From: Camelus dromedarius
Taxonomy: Eukaryota
Direction: 5' to 3'
Assembly (NCBI RefSeq): GCF_036321535.1
Contig: NC_087436.1
Coordinates: 3,348,001-3,412,000 of the forward strand
DNA: 64,000 nt
Positions 12,049 to 24,500 of this stretch are shown here, piece by piece. Numbering within the stretch: the first letter of the stretch is position 1; each line of letters starts with the position of its first letter. Made by a program: the position numbers and the translations under genes. Under the pieces are notes generated by a model, which was given only the letters and a program-made list of their open reading frames with translations, was not told the DNA's origin and did not search any database.

Positions 12049-13119
12049 GGGTTGCAGGAGAAACTTTTACTCTGGTTTCACAGTCTGTTTCCTAGTGCCG
12101 GGTTGAAGTTCCTGCAGTTTTCACTGTAACACCGAGTTGGAGCTAGTACCCCCCCAAATATATGTATGGTTTGGAGTTGGCAACTGAAAAGAAAGTTTGT
12201 GTTCCAAACAAGCTAGGTGAAGGACGGCTTTCACACACAATTATCTCTCAGAACTGAGCATGTGGAGATACTTTCGTTCATCTAGCACAAAGGGAACGGG
12301 TTGCAGGAGATACTTTTACTCTGGTTTCTCAGTCTGTTTCCTAGTGCCGGTTTGAAGTTCCTACAGTTTTCACTGTAAAACAGAGTTGGAGCTAGTACGT
12401 CCCCATATATATGTATGGAGTGGAGTTTGCAACTGAAAAGTAACTTTGTGTTCCCAACAAGCTAGGTGAAGGACGGCTTTCACACACACTTATCTCTCAG
12501 AACACAGCATGTGGAGAGACGTTCGTTCATCTAGCACAAAGGGAACGGGTTGCAGGAGATACTTTTACTCTGGTTTCTCAGTCTGTTTCCTAGTGCCGGT
12601 TTGAAGTTCCTGCAGTTTTCACTGTAAAACCGAGTTGGAGCTAGTACCTCCCCATATATATGTATGGATTGGAGTTTGCAACTGAAAAGAAACTATGTGT
12701 TCCCAACAAGCTAGTTGAAGGACGGCTTTCACACACACATTTCTCTCAGAACTGAGCATGTGGAGAGACGTTCGTTCATCTAGCACAAATGGAACGGTTT
12801 GAAGGGGAAAATTTTACTCTGGTTTCACAGTCTGTTTCCTAGTGCCGGTTTGAAGTTCCTGCATTTTTCACTGTAAAACCGAATTGGAGCTAGTACCTCC
12901 CCATATATATATATGGAGTGGGGTTTGAAACTGAAAAGAAACTTTGTGTTCCCAACAATCTAAGTGAAGGACGGCTTTCACACACACTTATCACTCAGAA
13001 ATGAGCATGTGGAGAGACGTTCTTTCATCTAGCACAAAGGGAACGGGTTGCAGGAGAAACTTTTACTTTGGTTTCTCAGTCTGTTTCCTAGTGCCTTTTT
13101 GAAGTTCCTGCAGTTTTCT

Positions 13120-15230
13120 CAGTAAAACCGAGTTGGAGCTAGTACCTCCCCATATAAACGTATGGAGTGGAGTTTGCAACTGAAAAAAAACTTTGTGTTC
13201 CCAACAAGCTAGATGAAGTACGGCTTTCACACACACTTATCTCTCAGAATTGAGCATCTAGAGGGACGTTCTTTCATCTAGCCCAAAGGGAACGGTTTGC
13301 AGGGGAAAATTTTACTCTGGTTTCTCAGTCTTTTTCCTAGTGAAGGTTTGAAGTTCCTGCAGTTTTCACTGTAAAACCGTGTTGGAGAGTGTAACTCAAC
13401 ATGTATATGTATGGAGTGGAGTTTGCAACTGAGAAGAAACTTTGTGTTCCCAAGGAGCTAGGTGAAGGACGGCTTTCACACACACTTATCTCTCAGAACT
13501 GAGCATGTGGAGAGAGGTTCGTTCATCTAGCACAAAGGGAACGGTTTGCAGGAGAAACTTTTACTCTGGTTTCTCAGTCTGTTTCCTAGTGCCGGTTTGA
13601 AGTTCCTGCAGTTTTCGCTGTAAAATCGAGTTGGAGCTTGTTCCTCCCCATATATATGTATGGAGTGGAGTTTGCAAGTGAAAGGAAACTTTGTGTTCCC
13701 AATAAGCTAGGTGAAGTACAGCTTTCACACACACTTATCTCTCAGAACTGAGCATGTGGAGAGACGTTCGTACATCTAGCACAAAGGGAACGGGTTGCAG
13801 GAGAAACATTTACTCTGGTTTCTCAGTCTGTTTCCTAGTTCCGGTTTGAAGTTCCTGCAGTTTTCACTGTAAAACCGAGTTGCAGCTAGTACCTCCACTT
13901 ATATATGTAGGAGTGGAGTTTGCAACTGAAAAGAAACTATGTGTTCCCAACAATCAATGTGAAGGATGGCTTTCACACACACTTATCTCTCAGAACTGAG
14001 CATGTGGATATACTTTCGTTCATCTAGCACAAAGGGAACGGGTTGAAGGAGATACTTTTACTCTGGTTTCTCAGTCTGTTTCCTAGTGCCGGTTTGAAGT
14101 TCCTGCAGTTTTCACTGTAAAACCGAGTTGGAGCTAGTACCTCCCCATATATATGTATGGATTGGAGTTTGCAACTGAAAAGAAACTTTGTGTTCCCAAC
14201 AAGCTAGATGAAGGAAGGCTTTCACACACACATTTCTCTCAGAACTGAGCATGTGGACAGACGTTCGTTCATCTAGCACAAAGGGAACAGTTTGCAGGAG
14301 AAACTTTTACTCTGGTTTCTCAGTCTGTTTCCTAGTGCCGGGTTGAAGTTCCTGCAGTTTTCACAGCAATAACGAGTTGGAGCTTGTACCTCCCCATATA
14401 TATGTATGGAGTGGGGTTTGCAACTGAAAAGAATCTTTGTGTTCCCAACAAGCTATATGAAGGACGGCTTTCACACACACTTATCTCTCAGAACTGGACA
14501 TGGGGAGAGACGTTCGTTCATCTATCACAAATGGAATGGGTTGCAGGAGAAACTTTTACTCTGGTTTCTCAGTCTGTTTCCTAGTGCCGGTTTGAAGTTC
14601 CTGCAGTTTTCACTGTAAAACCGAGTTGGAGCTAGTACCTCCCCATATATATGTATGGAGTGGAGTTTGCAACTGAAAAGAAACTATGTGTTCCCAACAA
14701 GCTATGTGAAGGACGGCTTTCACACACACTTATCTCTCAGAACTGAGCATGTAGAGAGACGTTCGTTCATCTAGCACAAAGGGAACGGGTTGCAGGAGAA
14801 ACTTTTACTTTGGTTTCTCAGTCTGTTTCCTAGTGCCGGTTTGAAGTTCCTGCAGTTTTCTCAGTAAAACCGAGTTGGAGCTACTACCTCCCCATAAAAA
14901 CGTATGGAGTGGAGTTTGCAACTGAAAAAATACTTTGTGTTCCCAACAAGCTAGAAGAATGACGGCTTTCACACACACTTATCTCTCAGAAATGAGCATC
15001 TAGAGGGACGTTCTTTCATCTAGCAAAAAGGGAACGGGTTACAGGGGAAAATTTTACTCTGGTTTCTCAGTCTTTTTCCTAGTGAAGGTTTGAAGTTCCT
15101 GCAGTTTTCACTGTAAAACCGTGTTGGAGATAGTAACTCCCCATATATATGTATGGAGTGGTGTTTGCAACTGAAAAGAAACTTTGTGTTCCCAAGAAGC
15201 TAGGTGAAGTACGGCTTTCACACACACTTT
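13120..15230 (+). repeat. Older duplicate of ~2920-5030 (offset ~10199, 41 monomers)
   Basis: ORF pairs 4185/14384 and 4207/14406. The variants CCCAAGGAGC, GAGAGGTTCG, CTCCACTTATATATGTAGG, AACTGGACATGGGG and CTACTACC occur in the same order, with more mismatches than the 36-mer pair. Confidence 0.85.
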
Positions 15231-18200
15231 TCTCTCAGAACTGAGAATGTGGAGAGACTTTCGTTCATCTAGCACAAAGGGAACGGGTTGCAGGTGAAAC
15301 TTTTACTCTTGTTTCTCAGTCTGTTTCCTAGTGCCGGGTTGAAGTTCCTGCAGTTTTCACTGTAACACCGAGTTGGAGCTAGTACCCCCCCAAATATATG
15401 TATGGGTTGGGGTTTGCAACTGAAAAGAAACTTTGTGTTCCCAAGAAGCTAGGTGAAGTACGGCTTTCACACACACTTATCTCTCAGAACTGAGCATGTT
15501 GAGAGACGTTCGTTCATCTAGCACAAATGGAACGGGTTGCAGGAGAAACATTTACTCTGGTTTCTCAGTCTGTTTCCTAGTGCCGGTTTGAAGTTCCTGC
15601 AGTTTTCACTGTAAAATCGAGTTGGAGCTAGTTCCTACCCATATATATGTATGGAGTGGAGTTTGCAAGTGAAAAGAAACTTTGTGTTCCCAATAAGCTA
15701 GGTGAAGTAGAGCTTTCACACACACTTATCTCTCAGAATTGATCATATGGAGAGACGTTCGTACATCTAGCACAAAGGGAACGGGTTTCAGGAGAAACTT
15801 TTACTCTGGTTTCTCAGTCTGTTTCTTAGTTCCGGTTTGAAGTTCCTGCAGTTTTCACTGTAAAACCGAGTTGCAGTTAGTACCTCCACTTATATATGTA
15901 GGAGTGGAATTTGCAACTGAAAAGAAACTATGTCTTCCCAACAATCAATGTGAAGGACGGCTTTCACACACACTTATCTCTCAGAACTGAGCATGTGGAG
16001 ATACTTTCGTTCATCTAGCACAAAGGGAACGGGTTGCAGGAGATACTTTTACTCTGGTTTCTCAGTCTGTTTCCTAGTGCATGTTTGAAGTTCCTACAGT
16101 TTTCACTGTAAAACCGAGTTGGAGATAGTACGTCCCCATATGTATGTATGGAGTGGAGTTTGCAACTGAAAAGTAACTTTGTGTTCCCAACAAGCTAGGT
16201 TAAGGACGGCTTTCACACACACTTATCTCTCAGAACACAGCATGTGGAGAGACGTTCGTTCATCTAGCACAAAGGGAACGGGTTGCAGGAGAAACTTTTA
16301 CTCTGGTTTCTCAGTCTGTTTCCTAGTGCCGGTTTGAAGTTCCTGCAGTTTTCACTGTAAAACCGAGTTGGAGCTAGTACCTCCCCTTATATATGTATGG
16401 AGTGTAGTATGCAAGTGAAAAGAAACTTTGTGTTCCCAACAAGCTAGGTGAAGGACGGCTTTCACACACAGTTTTCTCTCAGAACTGAGCATGTGGAGAG
16501 ACGTTCGTTCATCTAGCACAATGGGAACGGGTTGCAGGAGAAACTTTTACTTTGGTTTCTCAGTCTGTTTCCTAGTGCCGGTTTGAAATTCCTGCGGTTT
16601 TCACTGTAAAATCGTGTTGGAGCTAGTACCTCCCCATATATATTTATGGAGTGGATTTTGCAACTGAAAAGAAAGTATGTGTTCCCAACAAGCTATGTGA
16701 AGGACGGCTTTCACACACACTAATCTCTGAGAACTGAGCATGTGGAGAGACGTTCGTTCATCTAGCACAAAAGGAACGGGTTGCAGGAGAAACTTTTACT
16801 CTGGGTTCTCAGTCTGTTTCCTAGTGCCGGTTTGAAGTTCCTGCAGATATCACTGTAAAACCGATTTGGAGCTAGTACCTCCCCATATAAATGTAGGGAG
16901 TGGAGTTTGCAACTGAAAAGAAACTTTGTGTTCCCAACAAGATATGTGAAGTACGGCTTTCACACACACTTTTCTCTCAGAACTGAGCTTTGGAGAGACT
17001 TTCGTTCATCTAGCACAAAGGGAACGGGTTGCAGGAGAAACTTTTACTCTGGTTTCTCAGTCTGTTTCCTAGTGCCGGGTTGACGTTCCTGCAGTTTTCA
17101 CTGTAACACCGAGTTGGAGCTAGTACCCCCCCAAATATATGTATGGGTTGGAGTTGGCAACTGAAAAGAAAGTTTGTGTTCCCAACAAGCTAGGTGAAGG
17201 ACGGCTTTCACACACAATTATCTCTCAGAACTGAGCATATGGAGAGACTTTCGTTCATCTAGCACAAATGGAACGGTTTGAAGGGGAAAATTTTACTCTG
17301 GTTTCACAGTCTGTTTCCTAGTGCCGGTTTGAAGTTCCTGCATTTTTCACTGTAAAACCGAGTTGGAGCTAGTACCTCCCCATATATATATATGGAGTGG
17401 TGTTTGTAACTGAAAAGAAACTTTGTGTTCCCAACAATCTAGGTGAAGGACGGCTTTCACACACACTTATCACTCAGAAATGAGCATGTGGAGAGACGTT
17501 CTTTCATCTAGCACAAAGGGAACGGGTTGCAGGAGAAATTTTTACTTTGGTTTCTCAGTCTGTTTCCTAGTGCCGGTTTGAAGTTCCTGCAGTTTTCTCA
17601 GTAAAACCGAGTTGGAGCTAGTACCTCCCCATATAAACGTATGGAGTGGAGTTTGCAACTGAAAAAAAACTTTGTGTTCCCAACAAGCTAGATGAAGTAC
17701 GGCTTTCACACACACTTATCTCTCAGAATTGAGCATCTAGAGGGACGTTCTTTCATCTAGCCCAAAGGGAACGGGTTGCAGGGGAAAATTTTACTCTGGT
17801 TTCTCAGTCTTTTTCCTAGTGAAGGTTTGAAGTTCCTGCAGTTTTCACTGTAAAACCGAGTTGGAGACAGTAACTCCCCATGTATATGTATGGAGTGGAG
17901 TTTGCAAGTGAAAGGAAACTTTGTGTTCCCAATAAGCTAGGTGAAGTACAGCTTTCACACACACTTATCTCTCAGAACTGAGCATGTGGAGAGACGTTCG
18001 TACATTTGCACAAAGGGAACGGGTTGCAGGAGAAACTTTTACTCTGGTTTCTCAGTCTGTTTCCTAGTTCCGGTTTGAAGTTCCTGCAGTTTTCACTGTA
18101 AAACCGAGTTGCAGCTAGTACCTCCACTTATATATGTAGGAGTGGAGTTTGCAACTGAAAAGAAACTATGTGTTCCCAACAATCAATGTGAAGGACGGCT

Positions 18201-21200
18201 TTCACACACAATTATCTCTCAGAATTGAGCATGTGGAGATACATTCGTTCATCTAGCACAAAGGGAACGGGTTGCAGGAGATACTATTACTCTGGTTTCT
18301 CAGTCTGTTTCCTAGTGCCGGTTTGATGTTCCTGCAGTTTTCACTGTAAAACCGAGTTGGAGCTAGTACCTCCCCATATATATGTATAGAAAGGAGTTTG
18401 CAACTGAAAAGAAACTATGTGTTCCCAACAAGCTAGTTGAAGGACGGCTTTCACACACACATTTCTCTCAGAACTGAGCATGTGGAGAGACGTTCGTTCA
18501 TCTAGCACAAATGGAACGGTTTGAAGGGGAAAATTTTACTCTGGTTTCACAGTCTGTTTCCTAGTGCCGGTTTGAAGTTCCTGCATTTTTCACTGTAAAA
18601 CCGAATTGGAGCTAGTTCCTCCCCATATATATATATGGAGTGGGGTTTGAAACTGAAAAGAAACTTTGTGTTCCCAACAATCTAGGTGAAGGACGGCTTT
18701 CACACACACTTATCACTCAGAAATGAGCATGTGGATAGACGTTCTTTCATCTAGCACAAAGGGAACGGGTTGCAGGAGAAACTTTTACTTTGGTTTCTCA
18801 GTCTGTTTCCTAGTGCCGGTTTGAAGTTCCTGCAGTTTTCTCAGTAAAACCGAGTTGGAGCTAGTACCTCCCCATATAAACGTATGGAGTGGAGTTTGCA
18901 ACTGAAAAAAAACTTTGTGTTCCCAACAAGCTAGATGAAGTACGGCTTTCACACACACTTATCTCTCAGAATTGAGCATCTAGAGGGACGTTCTTTCATC
19001 TAGCCCAAAGGGAACGGGTTGCAGGGGAAAATTTTACTCTGGTTTCCCAGTCTGTTTCCTAGTGCCGGTTTGATGTTCCTGCAGTTTTCACTGTAAAACC
19101 GAGTTGGAGCTAGTACCTCCCCATATATATGTATGGAGTGTAGTATGCAAGTGAAAAGAATCTTTGTGTTCCCAATAGCTAGGTGAAGGACGGCTTTCAC
19201 ACACAGTTATCTCTCAGAACTAAGCATGTGGAGAGACGTTCGTTCATCTAGCACAAAGGGAACGGGTTGCAGGAGAAACTTTTACTCTGGTTTCTCAGTC
19301 TGTTTCCTAGTGCCGGGTTGAAGTTCCTGCAGATATCACTGTAAAACCGATTTGGAGCTAGTACCTCCCCATATAAATGTATGGAGTGGAGTTTGCAACT
19401 GAAAAGAAACTTTGTGTTCCCAACAAGATATGTGAAGTACGGCTTTCACACACAATTTTCTCTCAGAACTGAGAATGTGGAGAGACTTTCGTTCATCTAG
19501 CACAAAGGGAACGGGTTGCAGGAGAAACTTTTACTCTGGTTTCTCAGTCTGTTTCCTAGTGCCGGGTTGAAGTTCCTGCAGTTTTCACTGTAACACCGAG
19601 TTGGAGCTAGTACCCCCCCAAATATATGTATGGGTTGGAGTTGGCTAATGAAAAGAAAGTTTCTGTTCCCAACAAGCTAGGTGAAGGACGGCTTTCACAC
19701 ACAATTATCTCACAGAACTGAGCATGTGGAGAGACTTTCGTTCATCTAGCACAAAGGGAACGGTTTGAAGGGGAAAATTTTACTCTGGTTTCACAGTCTG
19801 TTTCCTAGTGCCTGTTTGAAGTTCCTGCAGTTTTCACTGTAAAACAGAGTTGGAGCTAGTACCTCCCCATATATATATATGGAGTGGGGTTTGAAACTGA
19901 AAAGAAACTTTGTGTTCCCAACAATCTATGTGAAGGACGGCTTTCACACACACTTATCACTCAGAACTGAGCATGTGGAGAGACGTTCTTTCATCTAGCA
20001 CAAAGGGAACGGGTTGCAGGAGAAACTTTTACTTTGGTTTCTCAGTCTGTTTCCTAGTGCCGGTTTGAAGTTCCTGCAGTTTTCTCAGTAAAACCGAGTT
20101 GGAGCTAGTACCTCCCCTTATAAACGTATGGAGTGGAGTTTGCAACTGAAAAAAAACTTTGTGTCCCAAAAAGCTAGATGAAGGACGGCTTTCACACACA
20201 CTTATCTCTCAGAAATGAGCATCTAGAGGGACGTTCTTTCATCTAGCAAAAAGGGAACGGGTTGCAGGGGAAATCTTTACTCTGGTTTCTCAGTCTTTTT
20301 CCTAGTGAAAGTTTGAAGTTCCTGCAGTTTTCACTGTAAAACCGTGTTGGAGATAGTAACCCCCCATATATATGTATGGAGTGGAGTTTGCAACTTAAAA
20401 GAAACTTTGTGTTCCCAAGAAGCTAGGTGAAGTACGGCTTTCACACACACTTATCTCTCAGAACTGAGCATGTTGAGAGACGTTCGTTCGTCTAGCACAA
20501 ATGAAACGGGTTGCAGGAGAAACATTTACTCTGGTTTCTCAGTCTGTTTCCTAGTGCCGGTTTGAAGTTCCTGCAGTTTTCACTGTAAAATCGAGTTGGA
20601 GCTAGTTCCTCCCCATATATATGTATGGAGTGGAGTTTGCAAGTGAAAAGAAACTTTGTGTTCCCAATAAGCTAGGTGAAGTACAGCTTTCACACACACT
20701 TATCTCTCAGAGTTGAGCATGTGGAGAGACGTTCGTACATCTAGCACAAAGGGAACGGGTTTCAGGAGAAACTTTTACTCTGGTTTCTCAGTCTGTTTCT
20801 TAGTTCCGTTTTGAAGTTCCTGCAGTTTTCACTGTAATAACGAGTTGGAGCTTGTACCTCCCCATATATATGTATGGAGTGGGGTTTGCAACTGAAAAGA
20901 ATCTTTGTGTTCCCAACAAGCTATGTGAAGGACGGCTTTCACACACACTAATCTCTCAGAACTGAGCATGTGGAGAGACGTTCGTTCATCTAGCACAAAG
21001 GGAACGGGTTGCAGGTGAAACATTTACTCTGGTTTCTCAGTCTGATTCCTAGTGCCGTTTTGAAGTTCCTGCAGATATCACTGTAAAACCGATTTGGAGC
21101 TAGTACCACCCCATATAAATGTATTGAGTGGAGTTTGCAACTGAAAAGGAACTTTGTGTTCCCAACAAGCTATGTGAAGGACGGCTTTCACACACACTTA

Positions 21201-21539
21201 TCTCTCAGAACTGAGCATGTGGAGAGACTTTCGTTCATCTAGCACAAAGGGAACGGGTTGCAGGAGAAACTTTTACTCTGGTTTCTCAGTCTGTTTCCTA
21301 GTGCCGGGTTGAAGTTCCTGCAGTTTTCACTGTAACACCGAGTTGGAGCTAGTACCCCCCCAAATATATGTATGGGGTGGAGTTTGCAACTGAAAAGAAA
21401 CTTTGTGTTCCCAACACGCTAGGTGAAGGACGGCTTTCACACACAATTATCTCTCAGAAATGAGCATGTGGAGAGACGTACATTCATTTAGCACAAAGGG
21501 AATGGGTTGCAGGAGAAACTTTTACTCCGGATTCTCAGA

Positions 21540-24500
21540 CTGTTTCCTAGTGATGGTTTGAAGTTCCTGCAGTTTTCACTGTAAACCCGAAATGGAGCTA
21601 GTACCTCCCCATATATATGTATGGAGTGTGGTTTGCAACTGAAAAGAAACTTTGTGTTCCCAACAAGCTAGGTGAAGGACGGCTTTCATACTCACTTATA
21701 TCTCAGAACTGAGCATGCGTAGAGACATTCATTCATTTAGCACAAAGGGAAAGGTTTGCAAAGGAAACATTTACTCTGGTTCCTTAGTCTGTTTCCTACT
21801 TCCGGTTTGATGTTCCTGCAGTTTTCACTGTAAAATCGAGTTGGTGCTAGTACCTCCCCATATATATGTATGGAGAGGAGTTTGCAAATCAAAAGAAACA
21901 TTGTGTTCCCAACAAGCTAGGAGAAGGACGGCTTACACACACACTTATCGCTCAGAACTGAGCTTGTGGAGAGACGTTCGTTCATCTAGCAAAAAGGGAA
22001 CGGGTTGCAGGAGAAACTTTTACTCTGGTTTCTCAGTCTGTTTCCTAGTTCCGGTTTGAAGTTCCTGCAGTTTTCACTGTAAAACCGAGTTGGAGCTAGT
22101 AAATCCCCATATATATGTATGGATTGGAGTTTGCAACTGAAAAGAAACTTTGTGTTCCCAACAAGCTAGTGGAAGGACGGCTTTCACACACACTTATCTC
22201 TCAGAACTGAGCATGTGGAGAGACGTTCGTTCATCTAGCACAAATGGAACGGGTTTTAGGAGAAACTATTAGTCTGGTTTATCAGTCTGTTTCCTAGTGC
22301 CGGTTTGAAGTTCCTGCAGTTTTCACTGTAAAACCGTGTTGGAGCTAGTACCTCCCCATATATATGTACGGAGTGGAGTTTGCAACTGAAAAGAAAATTT
22401 GTGTTCCCAACAAGGTAGTTGAAGTCGGCTTTCACACACACTTATCTCTCAGAACTGAGCATGTGGAGAGACGTTCGTTCATCTAGCACAAAGGGAATGG
22501 GTTGCAGGAGAAAGTTTTACTCTGGTTTCTCAGTCTGTTTCCTAGTTACGGTTTGAAGTTCCTGCAGTTTTCACTGTAAAACCGAGTTGGAGCTAGTACC
22601 TCCCCATATATATGTATGGAGTGGAGTTTGCAAGTGAAAAGAAACTTTGTGTTCCAACAAGCTAGGTGAAGGACGGCTTTCACACACAGTTATCTCTCAG
22701 GACTGAGCATGTGGAGAGACGTTCGTTCATCTAGCACAAAGGGAACGGGTTGCAGGAGAAACTTTTACTCTGGTTTCTCAGTCTGTTTCCCAGTGGTGGT
22801 TTGAAGTTCCTGCAGTTTTCACTGTAAACCCGAAATGGAGCTAGTACCTCCCCATATATATGTATGGAGTGTGGTTTGCAACTGAAAAGAAAATTTGTGT
22901 TCCCAACAAGCTAGGTGAAGGACGGCTTTCATACTCACTTATATCTGAGAACTGAGCATGCGTAGAGACGTTCATTCATTTAGCACAAAGGGAAAGGTTT
23001 GCAAAGGAAACATTTACTCTGGTTCCTTAGTCTGTTTCCTACTTCCGGTTTGATGTTCCTGCAGTTTTCACTGTAAAATCGAGTTGGTGCTAGTACCTCC
23101 CCTTATATATGTATGGAGTGGAGTTAGCAAATCAAAAGATACATTGTGTTCCCAACAAGCTAGGTGAAGTACGGCTTTCACACACACTTATCTCTCAGAA
23201 CTGAGCATGTGGAGAGACGTTTGTACATCTAGCACAAAGGGAACGGGTTGCAGGAGAAACATTTAGTCTGGTTTCTCAGTCTGTTTCCTAGTGCCGGTTT
23301 GAAGTTCCTGCAGTTTTCACAGTAAAACCGAGTTGGAGCTAGTACCTCCCCATATATATGTATGGATTGGGGTTTGCAAGTGAAAATAAACTTTGTGTTT
23401 CCAACAAGCTAGGTGAAGGACGGCTTTCACACGCACTTATCTCTCAGAACTGAGCATGTGGAGAGACGTTCGTTCATCTAGTACAAAGGGAACGGTTTGC
23501 AGGAGAAACATTTACTCTGGTTTCTCAGTCTGTTTCCTAGTTCCGGTTTGAAGTACCTGCAGTTTTCACTGTAAAACCGAGTTGGAGCTAGTACCTCCCC
23601 ATATATATGTATGGAGTGGAGTTTGCAAGTGAAAAGAAACTTTGTGTTCCCAACAAGCTAGGTGAAGGACGGCTTTCACACACAGTTATCTCTCAGGACT
23701 GAGCATGTGGAGAGACGTTCGTTCACTAGCACAAAGGGAACCGGTTGCAGTAGAAACATTTACTCTGGTTTCTCAGTATGTTTCCTAGTGCCGGTTTGAA
23801 GTTCCTGCACTTTTCACTGTAAAACCGAGTTGGAGCTAGTACGTCCCCATATATATGTATGGATTGGAGTTTGCAACTGAAAAGAAACTTTGTGTTCCCA
23901 ACAAGCTAGGTGAAGGACGGCTTTCACACACACTTATCTCTCAGAACTGAGCATGTGGAGAGACGTTTGTTCATCTAGCATAAATTGAAAGGGTTGCTGG
24001 AGAAACTTTTACTCTGGTTTCTCAGTCTGTTTCCTAGTGCCGGTTTGAAGTTCCTGCAGTTTTCACTGTAAAACTGAGTTGGAGCTAATACCTCCCCATA
24101 TATATATATGGAGTGGAGTTTGCAAGTGAAAATAAACTATGTGTTTCCAACAAGCTAGGTGAAGGACGGTTTTCACACACACTTATCTCTCAGAACTGAG
24201 CATGTCGAGAGACGTTCGTTCATCTAGCACAAAGGGAACGGTTTGCAGGAGAAACTTTTACTCTGGTTTCTCAGTCTGTTTCCTAGTGCCGGTTTGAAGT
24301 TTCTGCAGTTTTCATTGTAAAACCGAGTTGGACCTAGTACCTCCCCATATATAAGTACGGAGTGGAGGTTGCAAGTGAAAAAAAACTTTGTGTTCCCAAG
24401 AAGCTAGTTGAAGGACGGCTTTCACACACACTTATCTCTCAGAACTGAGCATGTGGAGAGACGTTCGTTCATCTAGCACAAAGGGAATGGGTTGCAGGAG

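Noticed and set aside
12023..12052. Canonical CENP-B box
   Set aside because: The TTCG-N4-A-N2-CGGG spacing is not met on either strand of the consensus. Only a split look-alike exists, listed as a low-interest finding.
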